DNA from: Escherichia phage vB_EcoM-P3322
Sequence record: PV191315.1
Strand: one strand, 5' to 3'
Length of the DNA stretch: 64,000 nucleotides
Part shown: positions 53,736 through 61,801 of the stretch, piece by piece
How the letters are laid out: every line of letters begins with the position of its first letter
How positions within the stretch are numbered: the first letter of the stretch is position 1
Translations under genes and position numbers: made by a program
Notes under the pieces: model-generated
Seen by the model: only the letters and a program-made list of their open reading frames with translations
The model's database searches: none
What the model was told of the DNA's origin: nothing

Positions 53736-53929
53736 GAATCCGTATCTATATAATTGATGAAGACATTGGTGTCCGTTATGATGACGAAAAACGATTCGCA
53801 CCGATGGGAGGTATATATCCCCCAAGTGTTCTAGCAGTTTGTCGTGATTGTTATATTTATGAAGGTTGTCGTAACTTCCGTAAATTCGAACTCCTTGCAG
53901 ATATTGACTTCAATGAGGAGGAGGAGTAA
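53732..53929 (+). CDS. hypothetical protein
   Basis: 65-aa ORF. Confidence 0.45.
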   Translation: MRIRIYIIDEDIGVRYDDEKRFAPMGGIYPPSVLAVCRDCYIYEGCRNFRKFELLADIDFNEEEE

Positions 53930-54102
53930 TGAAAATATTACGAGTGAATATTGAAACTGCTTGGTGTGGATGCAATGAGGTTGTGGATATCGAAATTGAA
54001 GATGATATGTCTCAAGAGGATATAGAAGATCTTGCGCACGAAACCTTTCAGGATTATTGTAATTACGGGTTCCATATTTTAGAGGAGGAAGAAGATGTTT
54101 AA
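53929..54102 (+). CDS. hypothetical small acidic protein
   Basis: 57-aa ORF with GAGGAGGAGG RBS. Confidence 0.35.
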   Translation: MKILRVNIETAWCGCNEVVDIEIEDDMSQEDIEDLAHETFQDYCNYGFHILEEEEDV

Positions 54103-54298
54103 CTACGATAACGATCCTAATATTATCCAGTTAACCCGACAAGAACTGATCACAATCATTGAAGATGCTTTTATTGATGGCTGGAATACACAAGATAATG
54201 ACTGGGGTGGACCCGAAGCTTTTCTGGAACATCATAAAACTTATGGAGACTCTTGTGAAACCACTGTAGCTCTTGATAATCTGAAGGAGGGTTTGTAA
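54095..54298 (+). CDS. hypothetical protein
   Basis: 67-aa ORF. Confidence 0.45.
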   Translation: MFNYDNDPNIIQLTRQELITIIEDAFIDGWNTQDNDWGGPEAFLEHHKTYGDSCETTVALDNLKEGL

Positions 54299-54861
54299 TG
54301 GGTTGTTTTAGCTTTTTGTGCAAAGAATCGGGCAAAGCTGCCCTTTCTACTTCTTTCGACGGATCACCTTGCTACCTCTTTCTTTTGAAGGACGGTGTTG
54401 TTATTGAAGAGATGTATGGCAACTATGATAGTTATGGTTGTGTTTTCTCTGGAAAGGAGGATGAAAACGGCGTTCGTGAACGGTTCGAATGGGCTATGGA
54501 TTGGGGTAAGGTTTGTGATTTGATGCATTCCTCAAATCCAAGGGACGGTATCGCTATGGTGCTGGAAGAGTACTTTACAGGTGAAATCCCTACAGAACAA
54601 TCTGACGGAGATCCTAACCAAGGTTGGGGTGATGGTGAAGAAGATCCAGATTGTTTTTTCAGCACAGAAAAGAATAAGTTTAAACGTGTTGACAACCCTT
54701 ATCACAAAGTGCATAATACTCTCATTGAAACAGAAGATGACAAGATGGAAATTGAAGAAGATGATCCTCTTGTAACACTTCCTATAAGTGAGTTACAAAA
54801 GATCACTAAGGAAGCTTACGATTTGGGCTTCAAAATTGGTAGAGGAGGTATGCGTGTTTAG
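54298..54861 (+). CDS. hypothetical acidic protein
   Basis: 187-aa ORF. Confidence 0.5.
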   Translation: MGCFSFLCKESGKAALSTSFDGSPCYLFLLKDGVVIEEMYGNYDSYGCVFSGKEDENGVRERFEWAMDWGKVCDLMHSSNPRDGIAMVLEEYFTGEIPTEQSDGDPNQGWGDGEEDPDCFFSTEKNKFKRVDNPYHKVHNTLIETEDDKMEIEEDDPLVTLPISELQKITKEAYDLGFKIGRGGMRV

Positions 54862-55132
54862 ATTCAATATTCAAGAAGAAAAAAGTCAGGATTTACCTAT
54901 TGCTTTCGAAGATCTTGACGTAGGGGCCACATTCATGTATTATGATGCCTATGAAGACGCAGGGTTGGATACCTACCGTAACTTGGTGTTCATTAAAAAT
55001 TCCACAAACAGTGCGATTTGTATTAATGGATCACTAGCACAACGAGGCTATACTCATTGCATCCCACCAGATACAAATATGGTGGAAGTAGATTTAGAAG
55101 TTACCAATATTACACTTAAGAAGGAGAAATAA
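54854..55132 (+). CDS. hypothetical protein, Ter-associated small paralog 1
   Basis: GTG start after AGAGGAGG; (D/E)DLDVGATFMYYDAYEDAGLD...VTNITLKK parallels 56154-56423. Confidence 0.45.
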   Translation: MFRFNIQEEKSQDLPIAFEDLDVGATFMYYDAYEDAGLDTYRNLVFIKNSTNSAICINGSLAQRGYTHCIPPDTNMVEVDLEVTNITLKKEK

Positions 55133-55133
55133 T

Positions 55134-55928
55134 ATGTCCGAGAAAATCAGCCTGAAAAAACGTCAAGAAAACCTTGCTTTCTCTCTGAAAAAGAATAAGA
55201 ACCTGAACGAAGGTAAGATTGTTCTTCGTGTAGCATGTGCTCTAGATATTTCTGGTAGTATGCATGGTCTATATTCTAGTGGGGTAGTGAGTGATTTTGT
55301 AGGTAAACTGCTTCCTTTTGGTATGCTGTTCGACGATAATCAACAAATTGATATGTGGGCCTTCAATACGAGTTCCCAAGAGCTTACTCCAGCAACAGCA
55401 GATGTTTACGATGACTATGTTGGTAAATGTATGCGTAATGTTCGTATCGGAGGTGGAACAAATTACGCCCCTGTAATGGCGGATATCTACGATGAGTATT
55501 TTGGCACTGTTACTAAATATATTACCACTAAACAAGTGGTACAAGAGGAGGCTCCAAAGAAAGGTTTCTTTAATCGTCTACTTGGTAAAACTGAAACAGT
55601 ATCTGTAGAGCGTGAAAAGGTCGTAGCTGTATCTGAACCAGGTGCTGACGTTACCCCTGGTGTTGTATTCTTCCAAACGGATGGTGAGAATGGTGATCCT
55701 AGTGCTGTTCGTCGTCTTATCGAAGAGAATAAGAATAAACCTATTTATTGGTTCATGGTTGGCGTTGGTAATGAGAAGTTTGGCTTCCTGAAAGAACTGG
55801 CAAATGCTTATGATAATGTTGGTTTTATTGGTATTAAAGATTTAGACTTGACAGATTCAGAGCTTTATGACAAACTCTTATCTGAAGAGTTCGGAGAGTG
55901 GGTTGTTAAAGTAGGTGCTAAAAAATGA
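55134..55928 (+). CDS. von Willebrand factor A domain protein (TerY-like)
   Basis: MIDAS DISGSM...GGGTNY...FQTDGENGD; N-terminal MSEKISLKK like TerD N-terminus. Confidence 0.75.
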   Translation: MSEKISLKKRQENLAFSLKKNKNLNEGKIVLRVACALDISGSMHGLYSSGVVSDFVGKLLPFGMLFDDNQQIDMWAFNTSSQELTPATADVYDDYVGKCMRNVRIGGGTNYAPVMADIYDEYFGTVTKYITTKQVVQEEAPKKGFFNRLLGKTETVSVEREKVVAVSEPGADVTPGVVFFQTDGENGDPSAVRRLIEENKNKPIYWFMVGVGNEKFGFLKELANAYDNVGFIGIKDLDLTDSELYDKLLSEEFGEWVVKVGAKK

Positions 55929-56173
55929 TCGACGAGCTTGCCTCTCAAGTCATAGAAAATTATTGGCGCGAGAGAGAAGCTTTCATTATGCGCAGTCTCA
56001 AAGAGTATTTCATTGGGACTGTGCGAATGGAAGATATTGTAAGTAGAGTAGAGATTCATGTATGGCCTGATTATGAAGAATGGGTTGACAAAGAAAATGA
56101 AAATGCTATAATTCTTCGTATATACAAACCGGAGATAACATTAGGAGGAAGAAGTGTTAAACTTCGAAATTGA
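55925..56173 (+). CDS. hypothetical protein
   Basis: 82-aa ORF. Confidence 0.45.
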   Translation: MIDELASQVIENYWREREAFIMRSLKEYFIGTVRMEDIVSRVEIHVWPDYEEWVDKENENAIILRIYKPEITLGGRSVKLRN

Positions 56174-56423
56174 TGAGCAAAAAGTAAATAAACGATGCCT
56201 TACCATTAAAGATTTGGATGTAGGAGATACTTTCGTCTATGAAAATGCATTTGACGAAAATGGTTTAGACCTTAGTGAAATCATTGTTTATTTAAAAGTA
56301 GATGATGGGGAAAACGATTATTCTGCTGTAGAACTAAACCATCATGCACAATTAGTATCAATCCAAAACACATCTAAGCTTTTGGAAGTAGAATTGACTG
56401 TAACTGGTATTACACTTAAATAA
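56154..56423 (+). CDS. hypothetical protein, Ter-associated small paralog 2
   Basis: GTG start after GGAGGAAG; KDLDVGDTFVYENAFDENGLD...VTGITLK. Confidence 0.45.
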   Translation: MLNFEIDEQKVNKRCLTIKDLDVGDTFVYENAFDENGLDLSEIIVYLKVDDGENDYSAVELNHHAQLVSIQNTSKLLEVELTVTGITLK

Positions 56424-56438
56424 TAGAGGAGACAAAAG

Positions 56439-57041
56439 ATGACTGATAAAATTTCCCTGAAAAAAGGCTCTAGCGAAAAAATTTCCCTGAAGAAAGTTGC
56501 TCCGGCTCTGAAAGAACTGCGCCTGGAATTCTCTTGGAAATCTGATTCTAAACTGGATCTGGATGTAAGTGCACTGGTTTGTCGTCATAATGCCGCTGGC
56601 AATCCTGAAATGTTGTCTGCACGTCATCTGGTTTGCTATGCTAACAAGTTTGATCCTGAACGTTCTACCTTCGCTGGTGACGATGTTCGTGATGGAACTG
56701 GTAGCATGGAGCAGATTGATATTACTCTGGCTAAAATCTCTCCTGATGCACAAGAGATTGCCTTTGTTCTGACCATTGATGATGATACAGGTCTGAAACG
56801 TTTTGGTCATGCTTCTGAAGGTATGCTTAAAATCTTCGACTCCGAGCGCAATGTGGAAATTCTGGATTTTGACTTCCTGGCTCCTGAAGTAGCTGGCAAC
56901 ACAATCTGCCACGTGGCTTCCTTGGTTCGTGAAGATGGGGAATGGAAGCTGAAAGCATATGGTGTAGGTAAAGCTGGTCTGGATATTTGTGATGTGGTGA
57001 TGGCCTTCGGTGGTAAAAAAGAATGGTATGAATGTCCATAA
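56439..57041 (+). CDS. terD: TerD-family protein
   Basis: KISLKKG...LEFSWKS...DLDVSALV...GDDVRDGTG...EQIDITLAKI...IAFVLTIDD...GEWKLKAYGVG follows TerD strand pattern. Confidence 0.85.
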   Translation: MTDKISLKKGSSEKISLKKVAPALKELRLEFSWKSDSKLDLDVSALVCRHNAAGNPEMLSARHLVCYANKFDPERSTFAGDDVRDGTGSMEQIDITLAKISPDAQEIAFVLTIDDDTGLKRFGHASEGMLKIFDSERNVEILDFDFLAPEVAGNTICHVASLVREDGEWKLKAYGVGKAGLDICDVVMAFGGKKEWYECP

Positions 57042-57059
57042 TAATTAACAAATGATTTT

Positions 57060-57081
57060 GAGGGGGAGAAATCCCCCTCTT
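57060..57081 (+). terminator. terminator-like hairpin
   Basis: GAGGGGGAGAAATCCCCCTC followed by TTG (weak U-tract). Confidence 0.4.
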
Positions 57082-57140
57082 GCAATAAAGCCTCTATCGT
57101 GTTATACTAGAAATTCGTTAACTTAAAAAGGAGGCAAAAT

Positions 57141-57662
57141 TTGCTGATAAAAAACTTTGTAACAGTTGCGTTACTATCCTTAACTGCTTTTACATTTACA
57201 CCTGTTGTGGCGAAAGCCGAAGCTGCAAACGTAAAAACCGCTAAAGTAGTTCACAAATGTACAAAGCAATATAATGATAAAATTCTATTAGCTTGTGCAA
57301 TTTACGCAGAAGGTCGCGGTCTGGGTAAAAAAGGAATGAATGCCGTTGGGAATGTGGTAATCAACAGAAGAAATGATACATACTTCCCTAACACAGTCAG
57401 AGGAGTCTTGTTCCAGAAAGGGCAATTCTCATATGCGAAAACTTTTAACGTAACAGAGAAAGATAAGTGGCAGGAAGCAAAAGCAATAGCGGAGCGTTTA
57501 CTTTATTTAGAGAAACATTTTCCTGAATTGCGGTCTGTTTTAGATGTTACTAAAGGTGCTCTATACTTCAAGAAACGGAATATAAGAACACACTGGGAAC
57601 GTGATATGCGTCTTGTTTATCGAGATAAAGTGCATGGTTTCTATCTACCAAAGGGGAGTTAA
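57141..57662 (+). CDS. SleB/CwlJ-like cell-wall hydrolase with signal peptide
   Basis: TTG start after AAAGGAGG; signal LLSLTAFTFTPVVAKA; LLACAIYAEGRG...AVGNVVINRRN...FPNTVRGVLFQKGQFS. Confidence 0.7.
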   Translation: MLIKNFVTVALLSLTAFTFTPVVAKAEAANVKTAKVVHKCTKQYNDKILLACAIYAEGRGLGKKGMNAVGNVVINRRNDTYFPNTVRGVLFQKGQFSYAKTFNVTEKDKWQEAKAIAERLLYLEKHFPELRSVLDVTKGALYFKKRNIRTHWERDMRLVYRDKVHGFYLPKGS

Positions 57663-57663
57663 A

Positions 57664-57948
57664 ATGCAAGAAGATAATACTGTTGTTGTAGCAAGTTACC
57701 TGGTTGTCGGTCTTACTGAAGAGGATGTATACTACACCCGTAAGCATTTAGAAGCATACGCTACTTTGTTTATGGAAGATGAAAAGGATGTAGATAAATA
57801 TAGCATTGACATGATCAACGACAGTATTTATCCTTGTATGGTTCTTAAAGTAGATGCTGTGTTGTGGGAGCGTTTTGCAAGGACTCATGATGCTGTAGAA
57901 TGCTCCGCAGTAATGTCTCAAAACAACATTTTAGGGGAGATTCATTGA
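57664..57948 (+). CDS. hypothetical protein
   Basis: Start at ATG 57664 after AGGGGAG. Confidence 0.45.
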   Translation: MQEDNTVVVASYLVVGLTEEDVYYTRKHLEAYATLFMEDEKDVDKYSIDMINDSIYPCMVLKVDAVLWERFARTHDAVECSAVMSQNNILGEIH

Positions 57949-58178
57949 TGGGAGAAGTCATTGAAGTCAATTTTCGCACTAAACAGAAAGTGCAAAAATA
58001 TGTCGTTATTAAAAACATTTGCGTTGTCTGCTTCAATACGGTAATATACGACTCACGACGCGGAGAAAACGAAAATGAACCTTACATTGAAATTTCTAAG
58101 AACAAAGGTCAATGTATTTGTAAGAACTGTGCAGTAGCTATTAAGGAGGTTGTAAATGAAAACGCTTGGGACCAATGA
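57948..58178 (+). CDS. hypothetical zinc-ribbon protein
   Basis: Start at ATG 57948 (TGATG overlap); CVVC...CICKNC. Confidence 0.45.
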   Translation: MGEVIEVNFRTKQKVQKYVVIKNICVVCFNTVIYDSRRGENENEPYIEISKNKGQCICKNCAVAIKEVVNENAWDQ

Positions 58179-58347
58179 AACTGGCGAGATCTCTCTTCAA
58201 GAAGTGACAAACGACAAACTGATTAAACTACGGGACGTAGCCCGTGACCATCTCCAAGAATCTTTTAAAGAATATATGGAAGCACGAGATCGTGTGATCC
58301 AAATCCAACAAGAAATGATTAAACGTGGGATTGTAGCTGACAGTTAA
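58156..58347 (+). CDS. hypothetical protein
   Basis: 63-aa ORF. Confidence 0.4.
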   Translation: MKTLGTNETGEISLQEVTNDKLIKLRDVARDHLQESFKEYMEARDRVIQIQQEMIKRGIVADS

Positions 58348-58363
58348 TATAACGGAGGGGAGA

Positions 58364-58927
58364 ATGATTTATTATATTACTCCCTATCTGACAGGAAATA
58401 TCGGCAAGGCTATCAATGAAGCCATTGCCGTTCTTCCAGATGATAGTTGGGTGTGTTTAAGAGATACCGATACAATGTTCCTCCTACCTGATCAACCGTC
58501 TATGCTTGAAGAGCTTGTTATGTCAAACCCGCCTTTTGATGTAATAGGTGCAACTTGTAACAGGTTAGGCAGTGGTTATCAACTTTTCTCTAACCAAATT
58601 AACGATGATCCAGATATTCTAAACCATATAGAATATGCTAAGATTGCAAGAGAATATCATAAAGTGAGTGTTGAAGAAGTTCCTTTCGGAACACCTCTGG
58701 CAGGTTTCTTTTTGCTTTTTAGAAAATCATTGTGGAATGAAATTCCTTTCGAAGAAAAATCTATCCAATTCGACTTAATTTTCTCTCGCACTTTACATGA
58801 AAAAGGAAAGAGGTTAGGATTGATGCGGGGAATGTATCTGTTTCACATTTACAGATTAGGTCAAACAAATCCTCAACGGTCTATACATCATTTATTACAC
58901 TGTCATGATCACAGTAAAACTATTTAG
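58364..58927 (+). CDS. putative glycosyltransferase (GT-A-like)
   Basis: N-terminal IYYITPY...GNIGKAINEAIAVLPDDSWVCLRDTDTMF (DxD-like DTD). Confidence 0.4.
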   Translation: MIYYITPYLTGNIGKAINEAIAVLPDDSWVCLRDTDTMFLLPDQPSMLEELVMSNPPFDVIGATCNRLGSGYQLFSNQINDDPDILNHIEYAKIAREYHKVSVEEVPFGTPLAGFFLLFRKSLWNEIPFEEKSIQFDLIFSRTLHEKGKRLGLMRGMYLFHIYRLGQTNPQRSIHHLLHCHDHSKTI

Positions 58928-58935
58928 GAGAGAAA

Positions 58936-59619
58936 ATGGAAAATATTAAAATCGGAGTGGGTGTTATCACTGTAGGTGTCCGTCCACTTAAAGACTACCT
59001 TGTAACAGATCCACGTGCAGATTTTCGAGTATTCAACGATCCAGATCGTAAAGGTGTAGCTTATGCCAGGAATGAACTTATGCACCAGTTTTATGAAGAA
59101 GGTTATGATTATTGGTTTATTTTTGACGATGATTGCTACCCAGTCATGGAGGGATGGGAAACATACTTTGTAGATCAAGCTGTCTCTGGAGGATGGGATT
59201 TCTTTGGTATGCCGGAGTATTTCAAAGATAAAGTTGTTGGAAGCAAAGGAGAAGTTATTCTCTGGGAACTTGCAATGTGTCAATTTGCAATGTATTCTCG
59301 TGCCGTTGTTGAGAAGATGGGTTATTTCCGTCCTTACACTCACGGTTATGGTTTTGAAGATGCTGAATGGGGACACCGTTTGCAAGCTGCTGGTTTGAAT
59401 CATGGTATTCAGGCAACACCTTGTCCACTTCGTATCATGGCTTATATCCACCCAGACGATGTTTTTGGAAACAATCCTATGCCTTTTGCTAACCTGACAA
59501 AAGAAGAGAAAGAGGCTGCTATTGGGATTAACTGGGAAGAATATAAAGCATCTTTAGAGGATATTAAAAATGGGAAAATCCGAATTTCCTATGAGGAGGC
59601 ACTAGCACATGTCAAATAA
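58936..59619 (+). CDS. glycosyltransferase family 2-like protein
   Basis: GVGVITVGVRP...KGVAYARNE...YWFIFDDDCYP (DxD)...GYGFEDAEWGHRL. Confidence 0.6.
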   Translation: MENIKIGVGVITVGVRPLKDYLVTDPRADFRVFNDPDRKGVAYARNELMHQFYEEGYDYWFIFDDDCYPVMEGWETYFVDQAVSGGWDFFGMPEYFKDKVVGSKGEVILWELAMCQFAMYSRAVVEKMGYFRPYTHGYGFEDAEWGHRLQAAGLNHGIQATPCPLRIMAYIHPDDVFGNNPMPFANLTKEEKEAAIGINWEEYKASLEDIKNGKIRISYEEALAHVK

Positions 59620-60559
59620 AAAATGGTCTAAACTAAAAATTGATGCAAAACCTCACAGCGGTTGTGACTATCATCGTATTGTTATACCATTTAACAACAA
59701 CAATAATATTCAACCTAAGAAAGATGTTGTTGTGTTTAACCGTATCCACTCTAAAGGTGCAGAATACGTTTTATCTTTGAAACGTCAAGGTGTTAAGGTT
59801 GTTGTAGACTTAGATGATTTTTACCAACTTAATCCAGAACATTATTTAGCAAGTCTATACGAGTCAAACACTCATGCTATTGTAGCTATGGTTAAGCTTG
59901 CTGATGTGGTTATTGTGACTACGGAATATTTGGCATATAAGATCCGTCACTTAAATAGGAATGTTGTTGTGATCCGAAATGCACTTCCTTTTGATAGCGG
60001 ACAATTCACTTTGTCAAATGATCGTTCATCCGGTACCCCTGTTGTATGGGCTGGCGGTGCTAGTCACGAACCAGACTTACGACTAGTCTCTAATACTTTC
60101 GATGATGAACTTCTTACTATTGCGGGATATGAAGCATCACAAAGCATCACGGGACAAGAGTGGATTAAGATTCGCAGAAATTTACCAAATGCCAAATATA
60201 AAGCCGCTGTAAAAGATTTAGATAATTACATGAGTGTTTACGAAAGTCATGCTATTGCTATAGCTCCTTTGGTAGATAATGATTTTAATAATTGTAAAAG
60301 TAATCTCAAAATCCTGGAAGCTGGAGCAAAAGGTATTCCAATTGTTTGTTCTAAGGTATTACCTTATTTTAACCCTGTAGATGCTCGCGCTGTTGCTTAC
60401 GCAGAGAATAAAGCAGAATGGCATTACGAAATTGTTAAGCTTCTTCGCAATCCAAACTATCGGGAAGATCGTGGCTTGTTCTTGGCTGAACATGTTCGAA
60501 CACATTATAATCTGGCAGATGCAAACGAGTTGCGACGCCAGGTTATTGAAAGTTTGTAG
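59609..60559 (+). CDS. putative glycosyltransferase-like protein, tandem paralog 1
   Basis: 316 aa; VVVFNRIHSKG...VVDLDDF...ADVVIVTTEYLAYKI...NVVVIRNALPFD; paralog of 60567-61511. Confidence 0.45.
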   Translation: MSNKKWSKLKIDAKPHSGCDYHRIVIPFNNNNNIQPKKDVVVFNRIHSKGAEYVLSLKRQGVKVVVDLDDFYQLNPEHYLASLYESNTHAIVAMVKLADVVIVTTEYLAYKIRHLNRNVVVIRNALPFDSGQFTLSNDRSSGTPVVWAGGASHEPDLRLVSNTFDDELLTIAGYEASQSITGQEWIKIRRNLPNAKYKAAVKDLDNYMSVYESHAIAIAPLVDNDFNNCKSNLKILEAGAKGIPIVCSKVLPYFNPVDARAVAYAENKAEWHYEIVKLLRNPNYREDRGLFLAEHVRTHYNLADANELRRQVIESL

Positions 60560-60566
60560 GTGAAGT

Positions 60567-61511
60567 ATGGGACAAATAATTCTTGACAATCGTAACGGAA
60601 TCAATTATAGTGTCTGCGATTTCCATAGGGTAGTGCTGCCTTACTCAAGGCAGTTCTCTTCACAACCTAAACACAACGTTTTCGTTTTTAACGGGGTGCC
60701 AACAAAAGGTAAAGAGGGCTTTTTAGCCCTTAAAAACCTAGGCTTTAAAATGGTTATGGATTTGGATGACTCTTTAGTTATTCCAAAAGGACACATGTTA
60801 GAAGGTATTTTTGAATCAGGTATTCGTGAACATTTAAAATGGTTTTTAGAGCACAGCGATCTCGTTACAACTACGACACCTGCTTTGCAAGTTGAACTTT
60901 CACAATACAATGATAATGTGCACATAATCCCTAATGGACTTCCTTACGATGAAGGTCAATTTGTGTTGACCCGTGATCGCTACTCCAAAACTCCATTAGT
61001 CTGGGCTGGAAGTGAAACACATAAACAAGACTTGGCTATCTTGCCCGATTTTGGTAAAGATCTTACAATATGTGGTTTTCGTAGGGATTCTGAAGTTTTA
61101 AGTAGTCGTGAATGGTCTGTGATCAGAGAAAATGTAGCACCAACTTGTGTTTATGAAGGTGTAAGACCATATGCCAACTACATGGAATCTTACGATGGTC
61201 ATCAAATCAGTCTTGCGCCATTGATTGATAACGTGTTTAATAATGCAAAAAGCAATCTTAAAATTCTTGAGGCAGGTGCTAAGGGTTTACCTTTGATCTG
61301 TTCTCCTCGTGAGAATTATCATACACAAGAGTTTAAAGATTTGTTATTCTTTGCTGAAACACCTTCCGAGTGGAAAGATATTACGGAATACTTATTAAGT
61401 GCTCCCGATGTTTGCATGGAGAAAGGATTAGCATTAGCTAAGTATGTCAGGACTCATTATCACATTGATGTGTTGAATGAGCGTCGTAGACTTTTATTTG
61501 AGGAGCTATAA
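60567..61511 (+). CDS. putative glycosyltransferase-like protein, tandem paralog 2
   Basis: 314 aa; VFVFNGVPTKG...VMDLDDS...SDLVTTTTPALQVEL...NVHIIPNGLPYD. Confidence 0.45.
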   Translation: MGQIILDNRNGINYSVCDFHRVVLPYSRQFSSQPKHNVFVFNGVPTKGKEGFLALKNLGFKMVMDLDDSLVIPKGHMLEGIFESGIREHLKWFLEHSDLVTTTTPALQVELSQYNDNVHIIPNGLPYDEGQFVLTRDRYSKTPLVWAGSETHKQDLAILPDFGKDLTICGFRRDSEVLSSREWSVIRENVAPTCVYEGVRPYANYMESYDGHQISLAPLIDNVFNNAKSNLKILEAGAKGLPLICSPRENYHTQEFKDLLFFAETPSEWKDITEYLLSAPDVCMEKGLALAKYVRTHYHIDVLNERRRLLFEEL

Positions 61512-61789
61512 TGATTAACACTTTTGATTTTGAATACACCACTCGTAACGGGAAAGCTTTAGTCGTGGAGGTGGATTACTATTATGAAGAGCCTAACCCG
61601 CTTTCTCGTGAAAGTGATTGGGATTACCACGGAGGGCTTTTAATTGACGGTATTCGTTTTTATGAAGGCTCTACAGAAGTTTTTGAAAAAGATTTAAATG
61701 TAACTGTAGCAGAAATTGCTTTCCAATTTAGAAAGCATATGGAAGAACTAGAAGCAGAATATATGATGGAGACTAACGAACCATTTTAA
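61511..61789 (+). CDS. hypothetical protein
   Basis: 92-aa ORF, ATGA overlap. Confidence 0.45.
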   Translation: MINTFDFEYTTRNGKALVVEVDYYYEEPNPLSRESDWDYHGGLLIDGIRFYEGSTEVFEKDLNVTVAEIAFQFRKHMEELEAEYMMETNEPF

Positions 61790-61801
61790 CAGGAGAACAA
61801 A

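Noticed and set aside
56358-56912. Antisense 184-aa ORF inside terD (and similar antisense ORFs 43275-43919, 48096-48536, 58924-59451)
   Set aside because: Each lies opposite a well-supported plus-strand gene with recognisable domains and no independent start signals.
58364-61511. Naming the glycosyltransferases as specific DNA glucosyltransferase orthologues
   Set aside because: Only generic glycosyltransferase motifs are visible; substrate cannot be inferred from sequence by eye.
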